63,822 nt of DNA, filler included, from Octopus bimaculoides (GCF_001194135.2; 5 parts of 5 records of this genome joined end to end with filler, not necessarily neighbours in it), one strand, 5' to 3'. Positions 23,327 through 36,504 are shown, counted from the first letter of the whole stretch. Notes: generated from the sequence alone by a model not told the origin. Program-made: numbers and translations.

Positions 23327-23880
23327 CATCATCATCATCATCATCATCATCGTTTAACGTCTGCTTTCCATGCTAGCATGGGTTGGACGATTTAACTGAG
23401 GACTGGTGAACCAGATGGCTACACCAGGCTCCAATCTGATCTGGCAGAGTTTCTACAGCTGGATGCCCTTCCTAACGCTAACCACTCCGAGAGTGTAGTG
23501 GGTGTTTTACGTGCCACTGGCACGAAGGCCAATCAGGAGGTACTGGCAACGGCCACACTCAAAATGGTGTATTTTACGTGCCACCTGCACAGGAGCCAGT
23601 CCAGCGGTACTGGCAACGAACTCACTCGAATGTCTTTTCACATGCCACTGGCACAAGTGCCAGGAAGGCACTGTTGGTAACGGTCACGCTCAAATTGTGC
23701 TATTTACGTACCACCGGCACAGAAGCCCGACAGCTGGTGCTCTGGCAATGATCACGCTCAGACGGTGCTCTTAATAATTTACTGGTACAGGTGCTATCAC
23801 GATTTCGCTTTCTCTTGTCCCAACAGGTCTTCGCAAACCGAGTTTAGTGTTCAATGAAGAGACGTTGGCATGGGTGCCAG
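23327..23880 (-). mobile_element. Retroposon family D (RTE-like 3' end, (GAT)n tail) with four ~65-bp internal sub-repeats
   Basis: GGATGCCCTTCCTAACGC and TTTCCATGCTAGCATGGGTTGGACG motifs shared with 29384-29555 and 34047-34150. Sub-repeats TTACGTGCCAC..GGCAC..CTGGCAACG lie at 23503-23765. Confidence 0.8.
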
Positions 23881-24074
23881 TCTACAAATTTAGTTTGATT
23901 TCGATGAATTCTTGTGATAGAAAGAAGTCTGCTAAAGTCAACCAAAAGCCAGGCGGTGGGACCTAAATTGTTTAACAGAATAATTCAACCATCCAAGAAC
24001 CATTACAGCAATGGCATAGCTCGAGTGTGTACTTCCTGAAGTAGCCCCTGAGTTTGCACCCCAACCAGTCCTTC

Positions 24075-24505
24075 AAACCTATACAGGATTATGTAGCACA
24101 CAAAATTATTAACCATCATGCCAACAACCACCTTGAACACCTTTTTGAGCTCCACGTGTCTCAAACGTGGGCATGCATACAAATTCAGAAAACAGCACAG
24201 CTCCCATGGCTTTCAGAAACATTTTTCACACTCAGTGTGAAACAACTACCTGCATCAGTTGTTAGTTGCCAAGAATTGCATCCTTTAAAACCTCCATGCT
24301 TCCTGAAATTCACCAACACTACATCTGATCTGCTCCCACCCTCCATAGGCTTGCACACATGTAAATCATGACTCAAACACTATTCACTTTCCTGACTTTT
24401 GTACATAACTCTATATACTGTACATGCACCTTTGATGAGTTGTAGTGCACCTGAGCACTATACACAATAAGTTCATTATTATCATTATCATTATCATTAT
24501 TATTA
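24075..24505 (+). mobile_element. CR1-clade LINE 3' end (decayed)
   Basis: Frameshifted RGHAYKFRKQHSSHGFQKHF / FTLSV..QLPASVVSC / ASFKTSMLPEIHQHYI* (cf. TRGHxxK..RKxFFxxRV..WNxLPxxVV..FK), then a 3' UTR and an (ATT/ATC)n tail. Confidence 0.8.
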
Positions 24506-24859
24506 TCAAAAAGTGTTGTCCTGTAAAAGTGTCACCCATATCCTAGCTTCTTCACTATCGCTGTATGGTCTCTCTTATAGCTTCCAGCATTCTTTCTATC
24601 AACCAAATTTCACTTATAAGGTTTTGGTCAGCCCAAGGCTACAGTAGAAAATATTTCCCCCCAGAGTACCTTACCCTTGGATTGAACCCAAAACCTTGAT
24701 AGCTGTGAATCAAGTTTTATAACACATATCCATGCCTGCAGCTATTTTTTTTAATAGTTGTTAATAATTTTGTAAATATGCTCTCGATTTAAGATTCTTT
24801 GTTGCATAAATTAAATGGGCTTCATCAACAAATAGTAACGTTTTTTAATCATGTATTAA

Positions 24860-25060
24860 AAAGATTATAATTTGTTTGACAAACAGTGTTGGTGTGTTTA
24901 CGGCCCTGCAACTTAGCGGTTCGGTAAAAGACCAATAAAATAAGTACTAGACTTAAAAAATAAAATCCTAGAGTCGACTTGTTCAACTAAAACCCTTCAA
25001 GGTAGTGCTCCAGCATGGCCAGAGTCAAATGACTGAAACGGCAAAAAGAATGAAAGAATA
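24860..25060 (+). mobile_element. SINE family B 3' half
   Basis: CAACTTAGCGGTTCGG..GGTAGTGCTCCAGCATGGCC..GACTGAAAC. Confidence 0.8.
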
Positions 25061-25626
25061 AGGACTATCATATGTCTATGATGATAGTAATGATGACGAA
25101 GATGATACAATGATGATGATCCTCATCATCATTATCATCAACATCATTAACGTCGTCTCCGTCGTCGCCGCCATCGTCGTCGTCGATAACTTGAAATTCC
25201 TTTTCCTATCTTCGCCTTAGAATTATGCAGTCAACTCGACGATATTTAGAAATTCTCTCTCTCTCCCTCTGCCACCAGTCTTGTCATTAAAGCATCCTGC
25301 TATTTTCATCCACGAACCAACAAGGGTGTTTCCGATTGTTTGTTCAATTTGCTAGAAATAGCAATCAAATCTCCTTCAACGTACATTAAATACTAAGGTT
25401 ATATATAGCCTTTAAAAAAAAACGGGATGGTTACAGTTGGGATGTCTTTTATCATTAAATAATACGCCAACAATTCTATCGTCCTTTTATGATTATTTTA
25501 CTCGCACCTTTTATTTATGTATAATCCTAGTCAATCGCATCTTCTGCATCTCCTATAATCACTACCATTTCATAACACTCCAGTTCTCTCCCTTGCACCA
25601 TTTAGTGTTATGTTGAATGTGTGTGT

Positions 25627-26005
25627 GTTGGCACTCCGTCGCTTACGACGTCGAGGGTTTCAGGTGATCCAATCAACGGAACAGCCTGCTCGTGAAATTA
25701 ACGTGCAAGTGGCTGAGCACTCCACAGACACGTGTACCCTTAACGTAGTTCTCGGAGATATTCAGCGTGACACAGTGTGACAAGGCTGACCCTTTGAATT
25801 ACAGGCACAACAGAAACAGGAAGTAAGAGTGAGAGAAAGTTGTGGTGAAAGAGTACAGCAGGGTTCGCTACCATCCCCTGCCGGAGCCTCGTGGAGCTTT
25901 GGTTGCTTTCGCTCAATAAACACTCACAACGCCCGGTCTGGGAATTGAAACCGCGATCCTATGACCGCGAGTCCGCTGCCCTAACCACTGGGCCATTGCG
26001 CCTCC
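25627..26005 (-). mobile_element. tRNA-derived SINE family C, full length
   Basis: Reverse complement begins GGAGGCGCAATGGCCCAGTGG (A box)..GGTTTCAATTCCC (B-box-like). A second copy lies at 49292-49671. Confidence 0.9.
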
Positions 26006-26851
26006 GATGCTGAATGTAATCTTTGTATTATTGTTCTACATTTATATCGTACTCAACCAGTTTAATGTACACATTTTAAAGCATTTAAAATGTTTTAATA
26101 GGGAACGGGAGGGGGAAGAATTCTACTTATAATGTATATTATATAGCTACGATAATAGTTATGATGACAATGATACAATGATGATTATAAACCCCACAAA
26201 AATAAAAGGCAAGTCTGAACTTGATGAGATTTGAAAGGTGTTCTTTTATGAAGATGATACAGCACAATTTAAGGTGTATTTAACTGCTATTTCTAGCAGC
26301 TGGAATGACTCTGAAGATGTTCCATCATTGGCTGGTTGTTGCTCTGCTTTGTGTAAATAAGTAAGCAGGGCTTATATGGCTCATCAATGTAAACAATAAC
26401 AACAGCAACAACAATAACAATGACAACTGTAACAGTAACAGCACTGCTGTAAAGCTTACGAAACTTCATTAACATGCAGTATAGAACTAATTCCTGTTAT
26501 TGCTGTTTGCTGTGGGGATTTGCTCGGTCAAACTGGCTTTTATTGCAAATGGTTATCCCACTTGGAATATGTTAATGCAATACTTTGAATCCATCCTCCC
26601 TTGGGCTCTCAAACTACTGAGCTGATGAAGTCATACGGATGCTGTCAAGATAGATACACAGCATGTCATGGGTACTTTATACTTGGTAGAACACGTTCCT
26701 CTCCAAGTTTGAACACAACTGATTTGTTGTTCCAGAGAGAGAGAAGGAGAGAGAGAGAAGGAGAGAGAGAGAAGGAGAGAGAGAGAAGGAGAGAGAGAGC
26801 GCGCGTGAGAGTGAAAAAGAAAAGAGAGATGGGGAGACAGAAAGAGGGAAA

Positions 26852-27087
26852 GGCGACGAGCTGGCAGAAACGTTAGCACACTCGGCAAAATGCTTAGCGG
26901 TATTTCGTCTGCCGTTACGTTCTGAGTTCAAATTCCGCCGAGGTCGACTTTGCCTTTTATCCTTTCGGGGTCGATAAATTACGTACCAGTTACGCACTGG
27001 GGTCGATGTTATCGACTTAACCCCTTTGTCTGTCCTTGTTTGTCCTCTCTATGTTTAGCTCCTTGTGGGCAATAAAGAAATAAGAAA
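26852..27087 (+). mobile_element. SINE family A, intact young-looking copy with tail-1
   Basis: GGCGACGAGCTGGCAGAAACGTTAGC..GAGTTCAAATTCCGCCGAGGTCGAC..CCTTGTGGGCAATAAAGAAATAAGAAA; CpGs retained. Confidence 0.92.
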
Positions 27088-27199
27088 GAGGGAAAGGGAA
27101 AAAAGAAATGAGAAAGGGAGGGGAAAGTAAGAAAGATAGAGAGAAAAAAGGAGAGAAGAATTGATCCTAACAGTGAATAAGTAGTTTATTTCTCAGGCC

Positions 27200-27460
27200 C
27201 AGAACTTATTCAATTGCTTTCTTTTGCTGAACCGCTAAGTTATGGGGACGCAAACAAACCAATCCCAGTTGTCAAGTGGTGTAGAGGACAAGCATAACAC
27301 AAGCACAAAGACACGTGCACACACACACACACGATGAGCTTTTCAGCTTTCGTCTACGAAATCCACTCACAAGGCTTTAGTCCACCTAGGACTATTGTAG
27401 AAGACACTTGGCCAAGGTGCCACGGAGTGGAACTGAACACAAGACCACATGGTTTGTTTT
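27200..27460 (-). mobile_element. SINE family B copy
   Basis: GAACCGCTAAGTTATGGGGAC..GAAGACACTTGGCCAAGGTGCCAC. Confidence 0.8.
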
Positions 27461-29187
27461 CCTCAAGCATTGTACATTTTTCAGAAAATTACTGGACCCC
27501 CACCTCAGTATTGGACAACAAAATCCTTAATATGCATAGAAAGACGAGATGGTCACGACTGGAACGCCTTTGATCATAAGCCTACTCGATCAAGGCTAAC
27601 TCGGAGAAAAATATACAGAGCTACGATAACTTCTTGGAATAAACTTGAAGCGCCAGATACAACTGAGGAGATTTACACAGTTACTCCCCTTTAACGAGCT
27701 AAATCGATTTTTTTAATTTTTTTTTTTTTTTGATAATTTTCCCAATAGAAGTTCGATGGTACAATTCGAGACGAACTAGTTTGATTTGATTTAAAATTTG
27801 AAATTTCTGGGGGGAAGTTTGGTTCTCAGGATAGCGTATCGGACAAGTTTGTTAGAGCTGTTAGCATTCCTTTCGGTATATAGTTCCACTTAAAAACAGT
27901 AGGCCATTGGAGCGTTTCATTCGAAATTGTCTGAGGATTGTGCGAACAGTAATTTTCCCTCTTCTAAAGAATTTGGTCCTAGTTATACTCACCACAATCA
28001 AGCACCACTTAGGTGCTTGAATTATTTCAGAAATAATAGGATTTAATATAGACACTATTTTTTTCTTAATCTCACAGAAGGTTGAAAATGATGTTTTTCT
28101 CACTCTGCCATAGTGCCGAGGGCTATTATTTTTTTCTTGCTGGTGTCAGGGGAGATAATGAAATTGTTTAGATTATATAAATAATAGTATTTTATCTTTG
28201 ACTATTTACTTATTGTAGATTTAAAGATTGCCATTGATTGAGGTTGATTATCAATCTGTACCTGGAAAGTTTCTTTTCAGGGTACCGAATTGGACAAGGT
28301 GGGTTTTTTTTTATTGGCTGTTTTTTGCTTTGTTTTTTTTTTTCTTCGGTATTTTGTTTGTTTTTGTTTTTTTTCATAAAAGACAAATACTTGGCAAATT
28401 TCCCCTCTCTATGTTACCAAAGTTGTCCAAAGACAAAAGCAAGAACTGGTGTGCGTGTGTGTGTGTGTGTNNNNNNNNNNNNNNNNNNNNNNNNNNNNNN
28501 NNNNNNNNNNNNNNNNNNNNNNNNNNNNNNNNNNNNNNNNNNNNNNNNNNNNNNNNNNNNNNNNNNNNNNNNNNNNNNNNNNNNNNNNNNNNNNNNNNNN
28601 NNNNNNNNNNNNNNNNNNNNNNNNNNNNNNNNNNNNNNNNNNNNNNNNNNNNNNNNNNNNNNNNNNNNNNNNNNNNNNNNNNNNNNNNNNNNNNNNNNNN
28701 NNNNNNNNNNNNNNNNNNNNNNNNNNNNNNNNNNNNNNNNNNNNNNNNNNNNNNNNNNNNNNNNNNNNNNNNNNNNNNNNNNNNNNNNNGTTAATATATG
28801 TCTCTGTAACATCTCTTGGCAGAAGAGACTGATAGAATGAGCACCAGACTTTAAAGAAATAAGCACTGGGGCTGATTTATACAAGGTGGTGCCCCAGCAT
28901 GGTCGTTGTCCAATGACTGAAACAAGTAAAACTGTGATTTTTTTTTAACACTTCTAAATTAATTTTGAATTGTTTCTTGTGTTTCCATTTAAAAACTGTT
29001 ACATTGGCACAAAGTACAAGTTCTTGACTGGTACTTCATTTTATTGGTTCCAGAAAGGATGAAAGACAAAGTCGAACACAACAGAATTTGAAATCCAGAC
29101 GTAAAAAAACTAGAACCAACACTGCAGGGCATTTTGTCCTACTTTGCTCAAAATATTTCAATTACATTAATTTACCTGAAACAAATA

Positions 29188-29351
29188 GGCGCAGGAGTGG
29201 CTGTGGAGTAAGTAGACTGCTTACCAACCACATGGTTCTGGGTTCAGTCTCATTGTGTGGCACCTTGGAGAAGTGTCTTCTACTATAGCCTCAGACAGAC
29301 CAATGCCTAATGAGTGAATTTGGTAGACGGAAACTGAAAAAAGCCCGTTGC

Positions 29352-29383
<32 letters not shown>

Positions 29384-29735
29384 CTACACTCTCTGAGTGG
29401 TTGGCGTTAGGAAGGGCATCCAGCTATAGAAACTATGCCAAATCAGACTGGAGCCTGGTGTTGCCATCCGGTTTCACCAGTCCTCAGTCAAATCGTCCAA
29501 CCCATGCTAGCATGGAAAGCGGACGTTAAACGATGATGATGATGATGATGATGATGTGTGTGTGTGTGTGTGTATGTGTGTATATGTTTGTGTGTCTGTT
29601 TGTCTCCACCACCATCACTTGACAACAGATGTTGGCATGTCTACATTCCCGAAACTTAGCGGTTCGACAAAAGCGTTACCGATAAAATAAGTACTAGGCT
29701 TACAAAGAATAAGTCCTGACTGAAACAAATAAAAC
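29188..29735 (+). mobile_element. SINE family B interrupted by a family D 3' fragment
   Basis: GGCGCAGGAGTGGCTGTGG head and AATAAGTACTAGGCTTACAAAGAATAAGTCC tail; insert at 29384-29555. Confidence 0.88.
29384..29555 (+). mobile_element. Family D 3' fragment nested in the microsatellite of a family B SINE
   Basis: GTTGGCGTTAGGAAGGGCATCCAGC..GGAAAGCGGACGTTAAAC(GAT)n. Confidence 0.88.
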
Positions 29736-30570
29736 AATAAAAGAATGGAAGTTGGATTTTTCAGATCAAAATTTACTACCAAAATAAAGGCAAAGAAGAA
29801 TCTCTGTTAGAATGGTTAATTGAGAGGGAGGAGGGGGGGGGTTCGACATATACGATAAGTTTAGAAAAACCTCGACTTATGTACTACGTCGACGCAAGCT
29901 AGAAAAATCTAATACCACCGAACTGAGAAATACGATGTAAGGGAAGTAACTCTTCCGCAACTATTTCTACAAAACATTACAAGACGAAAGATAACTGCTT
30001 TCCTAAAGTTTGTCTGAAAGCAAACAGCAACTAAAATTGTTAGTGTAACAATTTAATTTTAAAAGAGACATGTACATTCATATATCACATATTAGAATTT
30101 CGTACTGGTTTGAAAATAGGACACTAGGGAAATTTCCATTCGATTTTACATCAGAGATCACACTTCTCTCAACTTTTCAGGCTTGTGGGATAGACGTGCA
30201 GCTAAAAGCGTCACATAAACATTAATGTGAATCAATTAGTTGACTTTTAGATATTTCCCATGATGCCTTGCCTATCTGGTCAAGGATTTGTGATGTTCAT
30301 GAGTCTTTAGGTATTTAGCTACCTGCTCTTCTGTGGTTTGACTTGTAAAAAATATGTGTTATATTCTCTCTCACTTTCTCTGTCTGCCTATCAGTCTACC
30401 TCTTTGTCTCTCTGCTTATCTATCTATCTATCTATCTATCAATCCATCTATCTATCTGTCTATCTATCTGTCTGTCTATCTATCTATCGATCTGCCTGTC
30501 TATCTGTCTGTCTGTCTACTTGTCTGTTTATCTGTTTGTCTATCTATCTATCTGTCTGTCTGTCTCTCTG

Positions 30571-30614
<44 letters not shown>

Positions 30615-30840
30615 CTCATCCATCCATCATTTAGTCTATCTGTCTATTTATCTTACACACACACTACATGCAAACATACATACATACATACATACACACA
30701 CACATATACAAACATATTCAATAGGCTTCTGCACAGTTTCTATCAGGCAAATTTTTATGTATATGTGAATTTGCCTATACATATACATTATCACATGCAT
30801 GTGCATATGTATGTGTATGTGTGTGTGTATGTGTGCATGA

Positions 30841-30871
<31 letters not shown>

Positions 30872-31119
30872 GTTATGTATGTCGACATGTCTATGTATGT
30901 ATATGCATGTTCTGTCATACAACGGTAAACAAAATCAGGCCGGTAGTATGAGTGAGGTTTTAGCACTCTTCAAACTAGTAAAATTAATACACAGAGTGGC
31001 CCAAAAGTAGGTTTACAGTTATCACATAGACACTTTAAATTTCTTTAAAAACATTTCATTACATTCAAATTTCTATCTTACAAACTGAATAGGGAGCTTG
31101 ACAAAATTAACTAAATTAA

Positions 31120-31520
31120 GGCGCAGGAGTGGCTGTGTGGTAAGTAGCTTGCTTACCAACCGCATGGTTCCAGGTTCAGTCCCACTGCATGGCACCTTGG
31201 GCAAGTGTCTTCTACTATAGCCTTGAGCCGACCAAAGCCTTGTGAGTGGATTCGGTAGACGGAAACTGAAAGAAGCCCGTCGTATATATGTATATATGTA
31301 TGTATGTGTGTGTATATGTTCGTGTGTCTGTGTTTGTCCGTCCAACATCACTTGATAACCGATGCTGGTGTGCTTTATGTCCCCGTAACTTAGTGGTTCG
31401 GCAAAAAAGACCGATAGAATAAGTACTAGGCTTACAAAGAATAAGTCCTGGGGTCGATTTGCTCGACTAAAAGCGGTGCTCCAGCATGGCCGCAGTCAAA
31501 TGACTGAAACAAGTAAAAAA
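31120..31520 (+). mobile_element. SINE family B, full length
   Basis: tRNA-like head GGCGCAGGAGTGGCTGTGTGGTAAG..GGTTCAGTCCC. GGCACCTTGGGCAAGTGTCTT resembles the CORE/MIR core GACCTTGGGCAAGTCACTT. Tail GGCGGTGCTCCAGCATGGCCGCAGTC. Confidence 0.92.
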
Positions 31521-32300
31521 AAGAAAAAGAGTAAACTAGCATAGAATAATGGCTTCATATTCTTTTATAATTAAGGTCTAAATTATTGATATATGAATGC
31601 GAAAAAGATAGTTGAATAACTGCAAACCTACATTTGGGCTACCCTGTATATCTATGTGATTATCATGACTGTAAGCAATCATTAGATTAGCTTTAAATGG
31701 AAAAGTTCTCCTTATAGAGTAACCAATCGCTCACCATGCCAGCAGGGAGGCCTTTTTGACATCACTTAGCTTGCTAAATATAGCAGCTAAATGTGGATGC
31801 AGGCCACACTATGCAGTTAAGTAGTTGTTTTGCAACAACATGGTTCCAGAATCAGTCCCACTGTGTGGTACCTTAGGCAAGTGTCTTGTTTCTACTATTC
31901 TACCTTAGTCTCAGGTTGGTTGGTGTCATGCAAGAGAAATTTGGAAACTTTTGTGGACTAGTATTGTACAATGTCTGTCACACACATACACACACACAAA
32001 CACATATAGATAGATAGAGAGAGAGAGAGAAGAGAGATTGATATATGTGTGTGTATGTAATATATATATATATATATTTATACACACACATACATACACA
32101 CACAAACACATATATATACACATAGAGAGAGAGAGAAAGAGGGAGAAAGAGAGAGAGAAAGAAGGAGAAAGAGAGAGAGAGAGCTGTATGTATATGTGTG
32201 TGTGTGTGTATGTAATGAAAGATAAATTGATAGACAGACAGACACATAGATAGAGAGAGAGTGAGAGAGAGATGCATACACATACATGTGTGTGTGTCTT

Positions 32301-32334
<34 letters not shown>

Positions 32335-32639
32335 CGTTTATAAGGCTTTCACAATATCACTTGGTGAAGGATATAGACATTGTTCAGAAGACAGAAACTA
32401 TTGCTTTATGAATGAGGTTCCCTTGAGATATTAGCTCTGCATTGATTTAGGCATTCCCTTGTCACTCATACTATCAGAAGTAGGGTAAAACTTGTAATTG
32501 GCCTGATGAAGCTACAATACAAAATCACAATACATAATATATAAATAAATAAATATATACATCTGCTTCAGATCATACCTTACTGTCTTCAAAATAAAAT
32601 AACCCTCTTGCACCAACTACTTCTGATTGCCACTGACCA

Positions 32640-32860
32640 TCACACTGGATGCCAAGCTTCAGCCAATTTAGTGCTCAGGACCTATCTACTGATGCCACTT
32701 TGACTTCTGTAAGCGTCTATGACACTACAGTATCTCCGGAGCTGAGCTTGCCATACTTCAAGCCCTTCATCACCAGAACAATAGTGCCATGAAACCAGCT
32801 GAGAAATGCAGTGCCTTAGTGGTGTGGCTAGCTGACCTCTACAAAGCTGAAGCTATGTGA
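32640..32860 (+). mobile_element. Possible old CR1/Jockey-group LINE 3' remnant
   Basis: YFKPFITRTIVP*NQL resembles SFFPRTIxxWNxL. Confidence 0.35.
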
Positions 32861-33121
32861 CAGCTCCAAATTTTGGTGGTGGTGGTGGGGAGGTGAGAGG
32901 GGGATGGGAATGGGAAGGGGATGTGAGAGGGGTGGGGTATGTCGATTACAGTGTCCCCAGTGATCAACTGGTACGAAAGGAGGATAAGTCAATCACAGTG
33001 GAATTTGAACTCAGAACCTAAAACCAGAAGAGATGCAACTAAATAGTTTGACCCATGTGCTAATAATTCTGCCAGATCACTACCTTAATAATAATAATAA
33101 TAATAATAATAATGATAATAA

Positions 33122-33163
<42 letters not shown>

Positions 33164-33189
33164 TGATGATGATGATAATGATGATAATC

Positions 33190-33316
33190 CTTTCTACTGT
33201 AGGCACAAGGCCTGAAATTTGGGGGGAAGGGATTAAGTTGATTACATCAGCCCAGTCTGTAACTGGTATTTATTTAATCGACCTCGAAAGGATGAAAGGC
33301 AAAGTCAACCTTCGCG

Positions 33317-33376
<60 letters not shown>

Positions 33377-33710
33377 GGCAAGCTGCAGAATTAGCCACAC
33401 ACCAAGCAAAATGCTTGGCAGCATTTTGTCCGTCGTTATGTTCTGAATTTCAATTCTAAGGTTGACTTTGCCTTTCATCCTTTTGGGGTTGATAAAATAA
33501 GGACCAGTTGAGCACTGGAGTTGATCTAACAGACCTATACCTCCCCTGAAATTGCTGGCCTTGCGCCAAAATTTGAAAGCAATAATAGTAATAATCTTTT
33601 CTGTTATGGGCACAGGGCCTGAAATTTTGGGGGAGGTGGACAGTCAGTTGCATCGACCCCAGTGCTTGACTGGTACTTAAATCGACCTCATCAGAATTTG
33701 AACTCAGAAT
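33190..33710. mobile_element. Cluster of three SINE family A pieces (-, +, -) around (AAT)n
   Basis: Approximately 33190-33320 (-), 33375-33590 (+) and 33598-33710 (-). Confidence 0.8.
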
Positions 33711-33734
33711 TTGAATGATTCACCTTTGGAAACA

Positions 33735-34045
33735 TGGGTGTTTTGCTCAACATCTTTAAACAAACCTTATTCAGGGACCTTTTGAGCGGGATGGGCTACT
33801 CGACCTGAAGAAAATTCTAACTGGGCCCCACCCGCGAGGTCATGCGCTGTTTATCTTGATATGAGATCACCATGTTGCGTACATATGGTTGTGATGCACG
33901 TGCCTGGTGTACCCTTATCAGACGAGTAGTCATGATGGGTATAATGGGCTTCGTATGTTTTACTCCACTGTCACTTTGATGGCATGCACTGCTCTCTCAC
34001 TCAATAATAATAATAATAATAATAATAGTAATAATAATAATAACA
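33735..34045 (+). mobile_element. Probable non-LTR 3' UTR with (AAT)n tail
   Basis: Non-coding GC-richer block ending GCACTGCTCTCTCACTC(AAT)n; family not verifiable in-window. Confidence 0.4.
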
Positions 34046-34046
34046 A

Positions 34047-34150
34047 TTGGTGTTGCCATCCGGTTTCACCAGTCCTCAGTCAAATAGTCCAACCCATGCT
34101 AGCATGGAAAGTGGACGTTAAACGATGATGATGATGATGATGATGATGAT
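34047..34150 (+). mobile_element. Family D extreme 3' fragment
   Basis: GGTGTTGCCATCCGGTTTCACCAG..GGACGTTAAAC(GAT)n. Confidence 0.85.
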
Positions 34151-34154
34151 GAAT

Positions 34155-34225
34155 AGTAATAATAATAATTATGTGATTGTTATAGGCTGTACTCAGGTGC
34201 ACTAAAACTTGTTGATAAAAGGGAG
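34155..34225 (-). mobile_element. Short CR1 3' tail
   Basis: Reverse complement GTTTTAGTGCACCTGAGTACAG matches GTTGTAGTGCACCTGAGCACTA near 24440-24461. Confidence 0.55.
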
Positions 34226-36504
34226 AACAGAATGTTGCAATAAGTTAAATAAAGAAAGACAGAAAGTACTGCTAAAATTGCATGCATTATATGCAGGATA
34301 GAAAGAGCCACAAGGAGGAATGGATAATTTATTCCATGCTTCAACAATTCTGGGCATGCAAATCGATTCCCTTCTTTTTAGAAATTTGAATTAAATTTTT
34401 TCAGTGCTTTTAACATCTTGATTTAAATTGACATAATTAGTTGGTTATAACCTTCATTAACATCTCACACAGAAAATTGCTGGTATTTTATTGTTTAACA
34501 TGTTATTTTTAATTGGAAGGATTAAAACGTTGGCAGGTGTTTACTTCAGGTTTTATGATGAAACTTATTTCATACATGGTCATGTCATTAAGTCACTACT
34601 AAAGATCATGTCTTTACGTTTAATGCATCTAGATGAAGTCACCTTACCTTACCAAGTCAGTTCTTCAATCCGTATACCGTAGACTCATTACTGCAAGCGG
34701 TTGTAATTGTGTCGTTTTTCTCTTGATTGTGATGTGATCTTGTTGCTGTCACATACTTCTTTAACCAAGTCCCCCGAAGTCACTGGTCTTGCCCCCATCT
34801 CCTCACCCATTCTAATCACAATACCCTCTCCTTCCTCTTTAGAATGTCGCCATCCTCAAGAATTCCCTGGTCAGCTTTCATTCAGATTAATCATTTCGAA
34901 AGCACATTTTAAATTAAATACATCTTTTGTGTTCCAGTTAATTTGAAAAAAGTAATCAAGAATTTGAAGAGATTTAAAGTAAGATAAACTGAACTGATAT
35001 CTCATTGCCCTCTTCTTGCACAAAGAATTTAACAACAGTGTAGATAAATAACAAACATACTCTAAAATTAAACAGTGTCAACTTGTTTTTTCAGTATTGA
35101 ACTACGCCCATCTATGGTTACTCATTTCCAGCTCAGTGGACTGGACCATTGTATATTAGTTACTTTTCTAGAAGCCAGTGAGAGAAAGACTCTCATATTC
35201 ATCCAACCAACAGGAATCAATAGCATAGATGATAAGATCTTTCTACTCTTAGTTTAGAATTAAAGGTTCCAGTTTAGTACAATGTATGATACATCTCCAG
35301 GAATAAGGTACAACTGCAACTGGCCAAGTCATAACAGTGCCTGTCTACTAGCCAAAGGGTTGACAATACTATTGTCCCTAACTAAGTTATATATCTTTTA
35401 CTCCCAAGTAAGCACTGATCAAAGAAACCCATGATCAAGAATGTTGTTTCTGACAATTTTACATTATTCTTACCTAAAATTTTAATGGATGATTTTCATT
35501 TATATGTACATTTTTTAAAACTGCACTGCTCTGTATCATAGAAACAGAAATGGATTCAGGCAGGTTTATATGCAAAAGGTTAAAAGTGTATTTAATTAAA
35601 GAAAGCATTATATTATGAGAAAGCTGATTAAAATCATGAGTGATTTTGCAACACGTCTGTACTGTACTTAATCTGGTTAGCAAGCAATTAACCAAGGATT
35701 AATTAGCATTTTACCTCTGAAACACTTCTTTAAATTCGCTTTTACGTCTAGTGTTCAGGTAAGATGTAAATCAACATCTAGTTTTATTAAAGAATAGAGA
35801 TGCCAATAAATGCTGGGCCCTACCACATCTGTCATGCATGGTGAAGTAACAGAATCATTAAACTTTTGGACAAAATGCCATTGGTATTTAGTTATGGCAT
35901 TTTAACATTCTGAATTCGAATTCCAATGAGGTTAAGTACCAGGATCTGGTTTAAAAATATAAGGAAAAAGATCAGTAGTTCTGGTTCCAGATGTGGTTGG
36001 CTTCAGAAGTTTCCCGGTGCAGTCTGTGGGAAAGATATCAACACTGTGAGTAGATAGAAGGGAGAGGAAGACTGCTGCCTGCAGGTTTGGTCAGGCAGTA
36101 AAAAGATCATCTTGCTAGTTCTAGAACAAGCAGGTGGAGTTAGGTAGGAAGCCAGAAGAAGGGCTGTGAATGCCCATCACCAACTACCTGTCATCTGGAG
36201 GAGATAGTGGTTTAGGGGGTGAAATGCCTGAGTAAATTTGGTGATCATTTGATGACATCTTCTCTTGGCAAAAAGCTGCACCCAGGAATATGTAAATGAA
36301 ACTGCTTGTACTTCTTGTACATATATCTTGTAGTTACGTTTCCTCTTTCAAAGATTCATAAGATAAAGTGTGAATGAAGCACTGGGGTTGATTTGATAAT
36401 CCAACAAAACATCTTCTTAGAGATAAGTGCAATTATAATAGTCATCAAAAATTACTACCATCACTGGGAAAGAGTACTGATTTCAGTATATATTTGAAAA
36501 TATT

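Noticed and set aside
23503-23765. Regularly spaced ~65-bp repeats resembling a CRISPR-like array
   Set aside because: These are diverged tandem sub-repeats inside a eukaryotic retroposon; no constant repeat/unique spacer pattern and no cas genes.
25930-26005. tRNA-like sequence
   Set aside because: It is the head of a SINE (continues into ~300 bp shared with 49292-49671), has no complete cloverleaf and is not a functional tRNA gene.
26621-26660. CTGATGAAGTCA.. possible second hammerhead core
   Set aside because: No downstream GAAA and no stem II closure.
32899-32920. Canonical G-quadruplex motif GGGGG-AT-GGG-AAT-GGG-AA-GGGG
   Set aside because: Isolated G-rich low-complexity patch with no supporting context.
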